64,000 bases of DNA, from contig CM102284.1 of NCBI GenBank assembly GCA_046563655.1, positions 3,534,001 to 3,598,000 on the forward strand, given 5' to 3'. The notes below the pieces were generated by a model. It did not search any database, was not told the origin of the DNA, and saw nothing but the letters and a program-made list of their open reading frames with translations. The DNA is from Yuukianura sp. NJ FZ-2021 (Eukaryota). A program made the position numbers and the translations under genes. Below are positions 37,705-50,272 of the stretch, one piece after another; the first letter of the stretch is position 1, and every line of letters begins with the position of its first letter.

Positions 37705-39683
37705 TTTATAGGCAATCTGAAAACAAACATTCAATTATTATAAAATTATTAACGTTATCCATTTAACAACAAAAGTTAGCCTAACATAGTCTAACATTTA
37801 ACAAAACAAATTCTTTCGGGCACTTCGTTCTAAGAATTTACCTCACTTTTCAATTCTAAAACTCCATGCAACTTCCGTTCCGTTGTGAAGATCAATTTTT
37901 TCAAATTGTTGTAAAACTTTTACACTTTTGTGTGTGTAAGCAACAAATAATAATAAAAATAACAATTGAAATAAAATAAGCTATAGCAAATGTACAGTTT
38001 GGATTGTCAATTCAGTTCAGTGGAAACGAAATGTTAACTGGTCAAGTCAACACTGAAGCATCACAGTTGGAAACATAGGTAAGTAGGTTTAGCTTTCAAG
38101 TTAAATATTTGCTTTGTCAAAAATACTTTTACGTTTTAACAACTCCTTAACGTTCGTTGTATAAATTTCGCAAGTCGTGTTTCTGCTGTCAGATCAAAGG
38201 ATTTTGAAATTGAAAAATGAAAATTGGGCTTACAATTGGGGGCTTTTCCGACGACTGTCAAAATTTGTGAAAACCGACGCCTTTGGCTTCACTTCCTAAA
38301 CAATAATGCTGAATTTGCCTAAGGAAATTTGACAAGATACTAAACAAAAGAAAACAAAGTAATTAGATTTACTAACCACAACGTTCTGATGTACAGCATC
38401 GCTGGCACAAATGCTTTGAATAATCGCTGTCAGTATGAGTTGCACTAAGTAGTATTGAAAACAACGTTCCTTGAGTCAACAGTCTCCATTTCTAATACGT
38501 TACTGTGAGCAGGGTCGATCATTTTGACACTACTCGACGTGTAAATGCATATCACGCATGCAATGGTGCTTCTTTTTAGTTAAGAAATTAGTGAGAACGG
38601 CCTTTGTTTGCTGTCCTGCCCCTACCCCATTATCATGCCGTCTAATGCAGAAATTCGCACAAACTTAACACTTTCTATAATCAACGTCTGTCTGTCTCTC
38701 CGCCTCACATAAATCCTCGATTCCTGAGTCAGAAACTGAGAAATAGCGCTGCTGTCGAATTCGCAAAATTTAACGGATATTGGTGCCGAAAACTGTTGAG
38801 ACTTAGTTTGCAACGCAGCCTTTCTTGATAAGCATCTGCGTTTGATTTTGTACCGTTCAGGCGCCGGCGCTACTTCTGGACTACGGTTCTCAGCGGCGGA
38901 TGATTCTCACCCTTGAGGTAACGTTTGAAGAGCATCTCACAAAGTCTTCAATCATTTCATTTCTCAATTGAATAGGGCCGGCTAGATTTCAAGACTTAAA
39001 AAGCAGATGAATTATTAAAACGAAATCAGTTTACATAACGTTAACTTTAAAACTTTCTGTTTTCCTTTAAATGGGATGCCGGATTTCAGGTATACTGCTG
39101 ACTCGAAATCTGAAAATGTAGAATCAATTTTTAAATTTCCTTTGCATTTGTTGGCAGTGACTAATTGCGGATCTGATTGAGTCATTAAGGAACTGACGAT
39201 TGACGTTTCTCTTCTATGTCTTAGAAGGGTACCTACCTAGTTAGTACATCAAAGAGTAGCCCTTGGAGTAACAAAAAAAATACGCATATTTGTACACGCC
39301 TTGACAGATGACATTAATTAGGACACCAGGAAGCCCTTGAGGCGAGAAAGTTTTCATTGTAACAGATTCTGCTTCCCAATATCAAATTCCAATAACTAAA
39401 TAGTGCCAAGTGCCGGTAGCCCTTAAATTGAAAAGCACTTTAATTGAAAGTCAAATTAAGACGAAAAATTTAGGTCATGCTATAGGGGACGACAACACGA
39501 ACAAGTAATTTATTATGTCAATCAAGCTAATAAATCTCAATAAAAAATCTTATTTTTAAATAACACTATGCAGAGCGAAGAAGGTTAAAATTGAGTTTTG
39601 GATTACCTTTTACAAAGGCCATAAGTTTGAATGCTGGATCGCTGGACGTCGCCGTAATTCAACTTTTTCCGAGTTCACTCGGT

Positions 39684-41527
39684 TCAATTTTTTGCGTAAT
39701 TTACAGTCATTATTTCATAAAGTCGAGTTGTAGGGAATTTGGCGTGTTCCAAAGCTTCAAAAATTGGATCTAACGTGGGAAAAATGATTTCCTTAGAAAG
39801 TATAATTACTAGTACTAAAATCGGTTTTTTAGGATTTAAATAGTACTTGGTTAAAAATAAATTTTTTTTTTTCACTCACGCATTTCATTTCGGTCCAAGC
39901 ATTCGGCCCCAATTAAAACTTGGATCAGTTGGAGCAAGCGTTCCGCTGTCTTCTTCGCCAGTTCAGGATTGCTCATGTTATTCGAATCCATTGCGTCCAA
40001 TTTCAACTTCAACTCGGAGATGAGCGTAAGAATGTGAGGAATTATTTGGAGCTGGGCTTTGATACTGTTGGTTGCAACACAAATGGCTGTGAGTATTGCC
40101 AAATGAAGGCGTGACTGGTCATCCTCGGAATTTACAACCCATCGAAAAAGATCTGTCAAAAAAGTCCATTGTTTAATTGAACTGAAAATGTTGAGAATCA
40201 GCAAAGAAAAGAATTAAAAGTTGTGCAATTGTGCTTTCAGACTTACCAAAAATGGCGGAGTGCGGAGCCATGAAACAAATGGCGGGATATGACTCAATCC
40301 ACAAAATCAACTGCGGAATTAGACGTGGATGTGGGGCTAAAAAATCACGAAAAAGTCCAAATCGCCAATTATCAATAACTTATAAAAACTTACGTAAGAC
40401 GGGTATTCAATTTTTGTATAATCAAATTTCAGGCCTTACATTTGTTGAATAATTTAGCAATTGCTATAAGAAGAATAGAAGAGAATGGAAATGCAGTAAC
40501 CGGTAGGTGTGAATATTTTTCAAGATTTTCATCTGTCCGAAGATCAGTGGCAATATCACGAGCAATCCACTTTACGGTTGGGCTGTCCACGCCTACATCC
40601 TAGATAAATATGAGGCAAAATTAACCGGAAACGTGAATATGAAAGAAGTATTCAGACTTAATACTAAATACAACTTACAAGCATCCAGTCTCCGATTGTT
40701 TTCAATACCCTGCTGTTCTTTGTTACAACGGCCAACGAAGTCATCATACTCAGCACATTATGCGGAACATTTCCATCAGCTGAAAGAAAAAAACACTAAT
40801 GATTTCTAGAAATGAGAAGTTATAGTGTGCAGTGCGCGGCTATTCGTTTTGTGAATACCCCGTGCAAACTTATGACGTTGCTAAATCAATTATTATTTTC
40901 GTCTGGATTCACCGACGATTGTTTGCACCCACAACTGTCACGAACGTCAGTATACAATAAATGCAAATCGAGCGTGACTGTTCCGAGAATCTTACTTTGA
41001 GAGAAGAGAAGCTTACGTATATTCACACAGGCAGCTGGAAAAAACGTAGCGAAAAGCATCATGCGATCTTTGTCGAATTCAATACTGGATAATCTAGAGA
41101 GTAATATTTCAGCCACTTCAAGCCGCTGTATTGTCTTCAGTTTCTGTAAAGCAAGAAATGCTTTAAATTTGTGAAAAACATTCTTCATCTTTTAGATATC
41201 TAATCCTCCACCTCCAGGCTCTTCAATTTCAATTACCGTTCGTTTAACATTGAGTGGATTTTGTGGAATCCGAAAAACGAATTCGAGGACAGGGCCCACC
41301 AACATAACACCATTCCAAGGCCCTTTTCGGTGATAATGTGCATAGCTTTGAACTAAAAATTAAAAACAACAAAAAATTCGGTTAAAATTCATTCTAGGTA
41401 AGGAAAGACAGTGAGTAAAGTAAAAGACGATCTTACTTATCTGTTCAATCGCTGCAACCGCTATTGCCGGAAACGTATCAATTCTGCGTAACCCTAATGT
41501 GAGCTCTGTTATAATCGCTTGGTTCAT
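39684..41527 (-). CDS. INTS15: Integrator complex subunit 15 (C7orf26)-like, ~347 aa; exons 41527-41437, 41352-41237, 41143-41017, 40779-40679, 40599-40440, 40336-40247, 40152-39880, 39769-39684
   Basis: Eight GT-AG-bounded exons join into one open frame. Motifs LEFVFRIP, IQRLEVAEIL, MTSLAV...VL...WM, LILWI..YP, LFRWVV, SRLHLAIL and AERLLQLIQV parallel, in order, recalled human C7orf26 motifs EEFVFQVP, LQELQLLEIM, LVSMAV..VL...WL, IVTWIFEDP, LIRWCV, SKLHLSVL and LDRLAQALQV. Confidence 0.75.
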
Positions 41528-42308
41528 AGTTAACAGCAAACAAACCGAGTTTCTCAGTAATAAGAACAAACAAGAAAGCGACAAACGCAAACGAGAGCAA
41601 CAGAGAAACCTAATAAATGAATTGACAGTTGTTTCAGTTCAATTAATTAGTACCGAATTAATAACAATTACATAACCCAAATTTAAATTATGAAAACCTA
41701 CTCAACGAAAACAAACTCAGAAAACATTGGTTGACGTAAACTACAACGACCGCAGTTTTAGCCACAAATGGTATCACTCTGAGAAACTTCATCGTTATGC
41801 TAATCAATCCTAACCTATAGTTTAAATTAATAAATTATAATTTTAATTGAATTTAGTTGCCACCGTAGCAGTGTAGCCACTTACTGTAGCCACAAAACAT
41901 GACCGCAGGAATAGACGGTGAAACTACAATGATGGGCGTTAGCGTTTGCCTCAACCCCAAAACAAAACAAATGTTTTTTTCAAATTATCCCATCCCTTCG
42001 CGCGCTGATGCTCCGAAAAAATAGAGACCACGTCTCGTCTCAGCTTGAGTCTTTCATTTCGCGCGCGAAAAAGGAAAATTAAAAATAAATCCACATTTTC
42101 TTGTCTGAATAGCGAGCATAAACAAAACCTATTAGAAAAAAACAAAAACAACAAACAGGCAGCGGCTGGCCACAAAGAAACACGTTTTCCGGTTTTCCAG
42201 TGCTTTTCTTGTGTTTCGAATTTCAGAAGATCACGTTACTGAGAAGCAGAACTGGATAAAGTGACACTGACAAGTTTGTGAATAAATTCCGGCAGAGGAT
42301 CCTTTGTA

Positions 42309-43116
42309 ATGTCTCGTGGAGGTGGAGGTCGCGGTTTTGGTGGAGGAAGAGGTGGACGCGGCGGCGGTGGGAGAGGTGGTGGAAGAAGCTTCGATACTGG
42401 TCCTCCAGAACGTGTCATTCCACTTGGATACTTTACGCATCCTTGTCAAGGCGAGCTGGTTTTGAAGGTCACATTAGACGATGTCCCTTACTTCAACGCT
42501 CCTGTGTATCTGGAAAACATCCAGCCTATTGGGAAAGTTGATGAGATTTTTGGAACCCTGAAAGATTACTACGTTTCAGTAAAACTAAATGACGATGTCA
42601 AATCCACTTCTTTCAAGGAAAAGGACCAGGTAAAATCGATGATTGTGGTTTATCGAATCATTCGATTCGAATGTGCGTTTACATTCAGTAGCTCTTGTTA
42701 TGTTTTTTATTACGGTAACGGCAGGTTGTAAATATTCGAAAAACAAAAATTCAAGCTTTTTAAAATGCTACAATGAGTTTTTCTTTTCTGTATTCCAGTT
42801 GTACATTGATCCTGCCAAAATTTTGCCGCTGTCAAGATTTCTACCTGGAAATGAGAAACGCGGAGGCGGAGGTGGCAGAGGAGGAGGACGAGGAGGTGGT
42901 GGTCGCGGAGGACGTGGAGGAGGCCGCGGGGGTGGATTCGGAGGGGGTCGTGGTGGAGGATTTGGTGGTGGCCGCGGCGGCGGGGGATTTGGAGGAGGTC
43001 GTGGAGGGGGATTTGGAGGTCGCGGTGGTGGATTTGGGCGAGGAGGAGGCGGCGGTGGAGGTTTCGGTAGAGGAGGAGGTGGTGGAGGCAGAGGCGGTGG
43101 CGGATTTCGTCGGTAG
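42309..43116 (+). CDS. GAR1: H/ACA ribonucleoprotein subunit 1 (GAR1), 212 aa; exons 42309-42629, 42799-43116
   Basis: N- and C-terminal RGG/GAR repeats flank the core [17 protein letters not shown]...[12 protein letters not shown]...IGKVDEIFG...[15 protein letters not shown]. One phase-0 GT-AG intron. Confidence 0.97.
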
Positions 43117-43783
43117 CTTGACTTTGGTAATCCAATATCTAAAATCATTTTATATCGTTCAAGACCATGTCCAGAATACAGAACAATATTTTTTTCGGAC
43201 ATTTCAATGAAGTTTAGTGTTCATTCAGTAATCTTGATTGACTTTTTACTAACTTTGATTAACTACTTTTTGCTTGAGGTTGGACTTCATTCTCTGTAAT
43301 TGTTTAGTGGCACCTTGCTCTTTTTGCAATGCCAAACAACAAAGAAATAATTTGCAATCCTGAGAATGAATGAAATCCAATTTCAAAGAGGAAACTGTCT
43401 CTGTATATAGGCATATCAATTGACAAAAACAAACCTTTGGCATTCACATCCTAAATCCTGAAATGGGGTTAAGCTGTGTACCTAAAGTAAAGCAATTTTC
43501 AGTTAACATTGGAAGGTGGGGAAATGGGCGACTATTGATGTTATGTTCATTTAGTACCCACGAACAGGAGCTAACAATTATTGTTGATTGGCGTATTTTG
43601 CCCCTTGTTACCTCACTCACAAAATTTGCACAAAGACAATGGAGTCAATTTCATATCGAAGATAGTGCCCTTACTGAAGTCCTAAAAGTCCCCTTGACTC
43701 TCACTTCATCGACGCACTTCAAAGTACGACTTTAGCCAGGAAACAATTAACCCAATTTTCGGTGCGAAACTTAACATTTCGGG

Positions 43784-46700
43784 ATGACTTTTCTCCAGCC
43801 GTTCAACTTTACCACGTTCGGTACTGGATTTACTTCAGTTCCACAGCTTTTACCGACGCAACAAACGGCGCAAGCGCACTTTGGAACTTTCGGAAACTTG
43901 AATCCCAGTCCAGCTCCAGTGCATCCTTATCCCGAGGTCACGGTGAATTCGCAAGGCCAATCGACTGACTTCTATGGAAACCCGCAGACTGTTCAGGAGT
44001 ATGGAAACGAGTATTACTATCCTGGAGTCGACGGAGTGGCTTCTACGTCGGGTCAAGGTCAAGGACGCCCCAGGAAACGCAGGCTAAAGAAGGCCAGAAA
44101 CAATCAAATTCTGGGCGGAACGAGTGAAGCGTCTTCTCGAGTTACTCGCGTGACGCCAATTGAAGGTCCGATTTATGCCAAAAACGGATTCGTACCAGTT
44201 GTACCTCTGTACTCGTATCCATCAGTGAACAATGGAACATTTTACCAAATTCCGGTAAGTCATTGTATCGCAAACCGTGCTCCAAAAAGAAATTGGTCCG
44301 AATGAAAAAGTCCCTAAGCAATTGGTTCAAACACAAAAGGGCGAATTGGTTCGAAAATAGGAAAGTAACCTGAATTAACAAAGCCTGTCAAACATGGAAA
44401 TAAATTTTGATCTAATTTACATTTTGAACCAACTTCGGTTTCGGACCTTTCTATTCGGCCCAATTCTGTTTAAACCAGTGACGTAGTTATGTCTATCTAA
44501 ATTGGAAATAATTTTGATCCAATCTATTATTTGAATCAATTTCGGTTTCGAACTTTTTGATTCGAACCAATTCTATTTGAACCAATGACGTCATTGTCAA
44601 ATCGTATCTTTCTGGAGGGTCAGCAGGTCTTTGACCCTCGAGAAACCTAGTTGAAATATGCTCTGTCTACTACGTGCAGAAGTTGCGACCCGCATTACGG
44701 CATACTAAAAACGTTTTTTTGTCGTAAAATGCTGCGCTGTTTTTCATTGTATAACTTCCGTGAAGTTTTTGTAATCAATTTGAAATCTCATTGAGAGTTT
44801 TGAATACGATTTGGCTACTGAACCTATTGATGCGGTAGGTGACCGCACCCTTGAAGTGGAAATGTTTGAAGTGGAAGGAAGGTCATTGTCTAGGTGGGGT
44901 CACTTAATCAATCAACATTTTATTGAGGTACTTTAAATTGCTCCAATTAAACCTTCACGCCAGCCTAAGAGATCACTTAACAGATCCTACTCATGATTTA
45001 TTATTTCCCATCTACTTCCGTGTCCACGTGAACACACAATAGGAAACGCAATTGTCTACTCAACGTTCACACTTTGCAACTGATACTGTTTTGCAGTGAA
45101 TACTAACATAACAATGGAATGGAAGCCGTATGGGTTAGTGATTACGTTCCGAGACACTTCTGGACGGTCACTCATGTACCCGCTTTGTTATGGACGGTCA
45201 TTCATGGACATTACACTGAAGGACGGTGACCTTTGCATATTTTAAGGTCACTTTTGGTTAGGTTCTGTGTCCATAATACCGGTGCATACGTTCCCGTTCA
45301 TGAGAGTCAGAGAATCGTGTGATTACGGTATTGAAGATCACCTAAGAAGAGTTAAGTAATTCTTGATGTGTGAAGGAGTGATGCCAATAAAATGGTCAAA
45401 ACCGTGAAAATTCGTGGCACTGTTATGACCTTGATATTTAACAATGCATGACCGAAAACAACAACGGCTCATCATCAACAGACGTCTCAAACTCTCTTCT
45501 TCGCTGCAATAATTGTTCCGTCTTAAAATTACGTCCTAAATTTCATGGTGGAGAAACAGTTCTTTGGTTACATTTTTCGTTCTTTTACTAGTGTTTCCTT
45601 CGTTTCTTGATCGAGTTCAATTCCAATGTAGTGTTCAAGTAGGACGCTTCGTTGTTACTACTATTGCTTAAGTTCAAAGCTAAAAATCTTGCTTTGAAAT
45701 ATTTCCGAAAGTTTGACGCTATTTTAGTTACCAGAATACAGTTTTATTATAACGCAATTTTGCATAGAAGAGAATTTCATCGAGCAAGTCTGCTTCTCTG
45801 CCTTTTTTTTTTCGAAAAGTTTTCGATTTACCCAAGGCATTACAATGGGGATTGACATTAAATTAAAGCTGACAATTTCAATTTCGGTGAGACATTCTAC
45901 AGGTTTTTGAAAATTTTGTCGCTTGATTCCCACAAAATCAAGCGACGAAATTGAAAAGCTCATAAAAAGCGACTTTCGTGTTTTTTTTTCTCGTGCAGCG
46001 TTTTTTTTAGAAACATTTTTTGTCGCTTGATTTCCAGATTCTTTGGACTGCTCTATCGGTGGCTCTTGGTTTAGAAGTGCGTGGTGAAATTCTGCGGGGT
46101 AAGTTTTCCAACAACTGTTAAAACAAATTTCAATTTTTAACGTTAATTGTAATTACAGTTAATGTCAATTAGTCAGTTGATTTGTTTTTGAAGGACTTCC
46201 TTGTATCAAGCGACACAATCAACTCTTTTGTCCAACTGCTGGGAACGCTTACCCACTGTAAGTTAGGAGAGAAGCCTATCTTTTAGTTTTTACAAAAAAA
46301 ATTATGCGTTTTGTTGAAAAACTTTTTCAGCGACAAGATTGAAACGTTCATAGACGAAAACAAGGCGCTGATAAAACGGATGTACGGAGAGTTTGTGATG
46401 CTGACGAATGAACCATTGGTGACGCCGACGGGTGGCTACAGTCGTCGTAGGAGTGTGCGTGACCTATACGAACATGAAGTGGATGATTTCCTTGGAGCAC
46501 AATTCAATACACAATCTAAAACAACTGGAAATTCCACGAGATTCACTCGGCAAACAGTGAATCCTCCACAAAGCGGTTCGCCGACAGAGCAGCCAAGAAC
46601 TGGAAGGTAAGCATAAACGAATCATTTTTTTTTTGAAGTTTCGAAATGAGAAATAATTCAAAATTCAAAAATATTGTTTTCACCTAAATTCGAAAACTTT

Positions 46701-47007
46701 TGACCTTGTTTGCGTCTTTGTTAGAATCGACTCTTGCGAGTCAAAAGTGGAAATCACGACGCCATATTGGGCTGCAAATTCTGCTGGGAAAGTTCGAGCG
46801 ATTGTAAATACGAAACACTTTGAGCAAGCGATTCACCAAGAAATTTGTACGAAGAGTGTCACAACTCGTTGCATGGGAGACTGCGGGTGTGAACAGAAGT
46901 ACAAATGGCATCGTCTGTTGGCCTATGACCCCGGCAACGACTGTAAAGGCGTCTTCATGGATTGGTTTCTCTTTGGAAGCTGCTGTGTCTGCAGATGCAA
47001 TCCATGA
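43784..47007 (+). CDS. spz3: Spaetzle-3; exons 43799 (or ATG 43784)-44254, 46038-46098, 46194-46257, 46331-46606, 46725-47007; a possible upstream coding exon at 43463-43723
   Basis: Spliced frame gives ...VPVVPLYSYP...QIP|ILWTALSVALGLEVRGEILR|GLPCIKRHNQLFCPTAGNAYPL|DKIETFIDENKALIKRMYG...|IDSCESKVEITTPYWAANSAGKVRAIVNTKHFEQAIHQEIC...CGCEQKYKWHRLLAYDPGNDCKGVFMDWFLFGSCCVCRCNP, the Spz3 signature. The true start codon is uncertain. Confidence 0.9.
44276..44590. mobile_element. Degenerate MITE-like element in spz3 intron with mirror-oriented AATTGGT(T/C)C(G/A)AA subrepeats and an internal ~108-bp tandem duplication
   Basis: AATTGGTCCGAA / AATTGGTTCAAA / AATTGGTTCGAA on the left; TTGAACCAA / TTCGAACCAATT on the right. 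Block TGGAAATA..TTTTGATC...TTCGGTTTCG...TGACGT occurs at ~44395 and ~44503. Confidence 0.55.
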
Positions 47008-47361
47008 AAACTGGAACATAATTAAACAAGCTCACTGAAATATTTCATATTATTTTGTACTTTTAATTTTATGAATACTGACATCACTTCATAGGAATTT
47101 AGAGACAGGGTAAGGCTGTAATTGACTTGTGATCGATTACAATGCTGAAAATATCCAGATAGTAGTGCTGAAACATATCAACGATGTTGGAAACTGGAAA
47201 AGAAAGGATTTGAAAAGTATTTTTGAATTATACTAGAGTTACCGTAATAGTAATTACTTTAAATTGTAATTACCTTAATTGTAATTTTTAATTAAATGTG
47301 TATCTGTAGTGTACATACGGACACTTCGCGGTTTTTCAGAAAATTAAAGTGTATGCAGCGG

Positions 47362-49032
47362 TTAAGCCTGGGAGATACTGGCACCTTGATCTTCATCGTT
47401 GGTATCGAAGTGGATATGAGATGATGCCAATTTGGTGACTTTGTTTAGCAGTTGATCTTTTCCGCGAACTTTTTGCTTTTTCTGTTCCTTCAACTTTGAC
47501 CTGGTAGCGGCCCAGTACTCATCAGTCTCAGCGCCTGTTTATAAATTAAGAATTTTGGGTTAATTTTCAAAAAAAAAAGTTTAGAAGAGTTTTACTTTTT
47601 TGGATTTTTATTTTGTTTTACCTGTCATAATCCTCGCATTTTGAAAAATATTGTTAGCAGATTCGACGAAGCCAGAAAGCACGTTTGCTGTCGACGGTCC
47701 ACCGCTTAGGCGCACAATTACTTCAGTTCCGTTTTCTTCATAGTCGATATGCTTTACGAAATTGGGCAAGTCTGCAGGAGCTAGTTCAGATTTGACTTTG
47801 GATATGACTACGTCTCTGGATTCTGGAGACGCAAGTCCAATTTTTACGCAAATGCTTTTGTACTGGCCAGTTGAAGTTTGTTCTGGAACGAAAGCGAATT
47901 TAGACGCTGCAAGTTGCCTCTTCAGTTTGCCGAAATTCTCTCGTTGAAGGTTCAAGTATCGGTTACGCAGCTGACGCCAATTTCGTTTCGGAAGGATCTT
48001 CAAGTGAATCATATCACCTTCCAGTTTTTCATCACATCCTCCCGCTGTTTTCTTTCGTCGTTTCTTCTTCTTGCCAGTTTTAGCGTCAGCACCAGCAGTA
48101 ACCGCAACCTGCGCAGTACTTTCAGAACTACCTGGATTTTCGACGGATTCCTTTTTCAAGTCTTCCGTACTCTCCTGCTTAACCTCCGTTAGTACAGCGT
48201 TGGATGGTGAAACTTTAGAGGTATCTTCATCCAACTTCTCCACTTTTGGCGTTACTTGCGACGATGACGTTTGTTCTGCAGAATTGTCACCTTTCTTGCG
48301 CTTTTCGGTAACTTCGTCGATGCTGGAAGCAGTTTCGTCATCTTTGCCTCGGCGACGTTTTCTCGAGTTTGAAGCAGAACCGCTTCGACCCCCTCCTTCA
48401 AGCTTAGTTTCTTCGCTAAATGTGGATATGCTCATCAAGGATGCTGGATCAATATTAGTTGGAAGGCAAGCACCCATCTCTCCGAAAGCTTCCAAACAAC
48501 GTTTTGCGGAATCTTCGTCTTCGAATTCTACAAAAGCAAAGCCCTTGGGTTGCCTTGAACGTTTGAACTTTGGGAGAGAAACGTAGGCGATTTGACCAAA
48601 TTCTTGAAATATTTTCTCAATCCACGTATGATCTGCATGTAAAGGAATATTTTCGACGTAGATGGTGCAATTCTCTACGGCATTCTCATCCTTCGTTTTA
48701 GATTGATCAAATGGGATTTTCCGTTTCACTCCAGTTCCGTCTTCAGAAAGTTCAAGTTTCTCGGATTTCTTGAGAGCACGACGAACGTCTTGTACATTCT
48801 TAGTTAGCTGGGACAGTTTGTTAAATTTTTCAACAAATGTGGTCAAAGGAACGTACTCGGCTTCCTGGACTATCTCCCTCATAACCCTCTGTTTGGTTAG
48901 ATTCGCATCGCTGAAGTAAAATTCCATTTGCGTTCGAATGTCTCCATACAGTTTTGATTTCCTAGCTCGTTGGCGATGGGGTACACCGGCGACATCGTCC
49001 ATTCCCACTTCATTCTCTCCGACTTCTTCCAT
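47362..49032 (-). CDS. LARP7: La-related protein 7 (7SK/U6-binding), ~527 aa; exons 49032-47622 and 47534-47362
   Basis: La motif (QMEFYFSDANL...), RRM1 (TIYVENIP...SLPKFKRSRQPKGFAFVEF) and WRQLRNRYLNLQR helix. The C-terminal xRRM is completed by the last exon (TGAETDEYW...KVRGKDQLLNK...HIHFD). Confidence 0.93.
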
Positions 49033-50272
49033 TCCAAGGTAGTTTCTTCAGTGGCTTTCTACGGCAATTTGAATTGTCGTAAACCGGTCGATATCGGCAG
49101 CCCGCAAAACGTCAGGTACTGGAACGACCCCGAATCTAAAAAAAAAAAATCAACTGAACAATCAGTCAACTGAAAAATAACATAAAGGTCATCTATTGAA
49201 TTTGCCATAAAATTTTATTCCTAAAATACATTGAACTGTCACGTAATCCGGCTTGTCCTACACACACCGGTAGCCTGGTATCTGTCTACCGGTACACACA
49301 TAAATGATTACCTTAATGTTTTGCTTCACTTTTTACAGTAACTATGCCCCTTTCGTTCTTTTTTGATAAATTTTCGCAAGGTCTGGATAGTGAGGCGACA
49401 AAGTCCTTCCGGCACTGCGTATATTGCTAGTAACGTTAATCAAAGTCCAGTTTCCGTTAATTCTGCAATCAGTAGCGTTTGTTTACTGTTTCTACTTTGC
49501 ATCCTTCCCTCCTCCACAGATGAGAAAGTTTAGTTGTGTGGCCGTCCGGTCTGTGGCCTGGCCTGTCCCTGTCCGTCCATCCTTTCTCCTCCTTTCTCAC
49601 AGAACCTAGAAGGAATCAATGGAATTTTTCATAGTAACGGCATATGAGAGTAGAATTTAACAAGAGGGGAACAACTCCTAGAACACAATTTACACTCAAA
49701 ACGACAAATTGTAACAAATTTACTTAGCACAACTAACATCAGTCATCCATTTCTCTAGTACAATACTCTTTGACACTGCTAAGTGATTTGTTAAATTTAG
49801 CAAGTTCTAGAATCTTTAAGATTATTCTGGAAATTTAATCCAACGTAAGTGGTACGGTGAGGAGGGAATTGACGGTATAGTGTGTGGGTTTATATGAATG
49901 TTGTGTGTAGAGTGAAAGATGAAATGGGTCTCCTCCTCCCTTAACTTTATTCTGGGCGAGGAGCAGCAGTGGAAAAAGTGAAGGGAATGAATGGCTGCGG
50001 ACTCATAACGTTAGTTACTAATACGCGAATAAGGTAAAGGAACCGTAACTTACAACAAATTGAGCCCAAACAACATCACCAGTCACCAACAATTAGTTAA
50101 TTACGAAGCTCTGTTCCACTCGTAGGGAAGAGGACAGACGTAGACAACAGATCAAATACCTTCAAAAGTAACTCCTCTCAACGTAGGTTAAGTTTAACAA
50201 TAATTTCTAGTTCATTCGTCTCGCGTAAACTTCTTTGTAACTACACTACTGCAACCAAACCCCTACTGAATC

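Noticed and set aside
38830..38940. GC-rich patch between spz5 and INTS15 considered as a structured ncRNA (e.g. 7SK)
   Set aside because: No recognisable conserved motifs or Pol III signals; unsupported without a covariance search.
42630..42798. Possible intronic snoRNA in the 169-nt GAR1 intron
   Set aside because: No convincing C/D box pair or hairpin-H-hairpin-ACA architecture by eye; an Infernal/Rfam scan would be needed.
42710..43210. Poly-proline, His/Leu-rich and Glu/Ala-rich ORFs overlapping GAR1
   Set aside because: Antisense and alternative-frame shadows of the Gly-Arg repeats.
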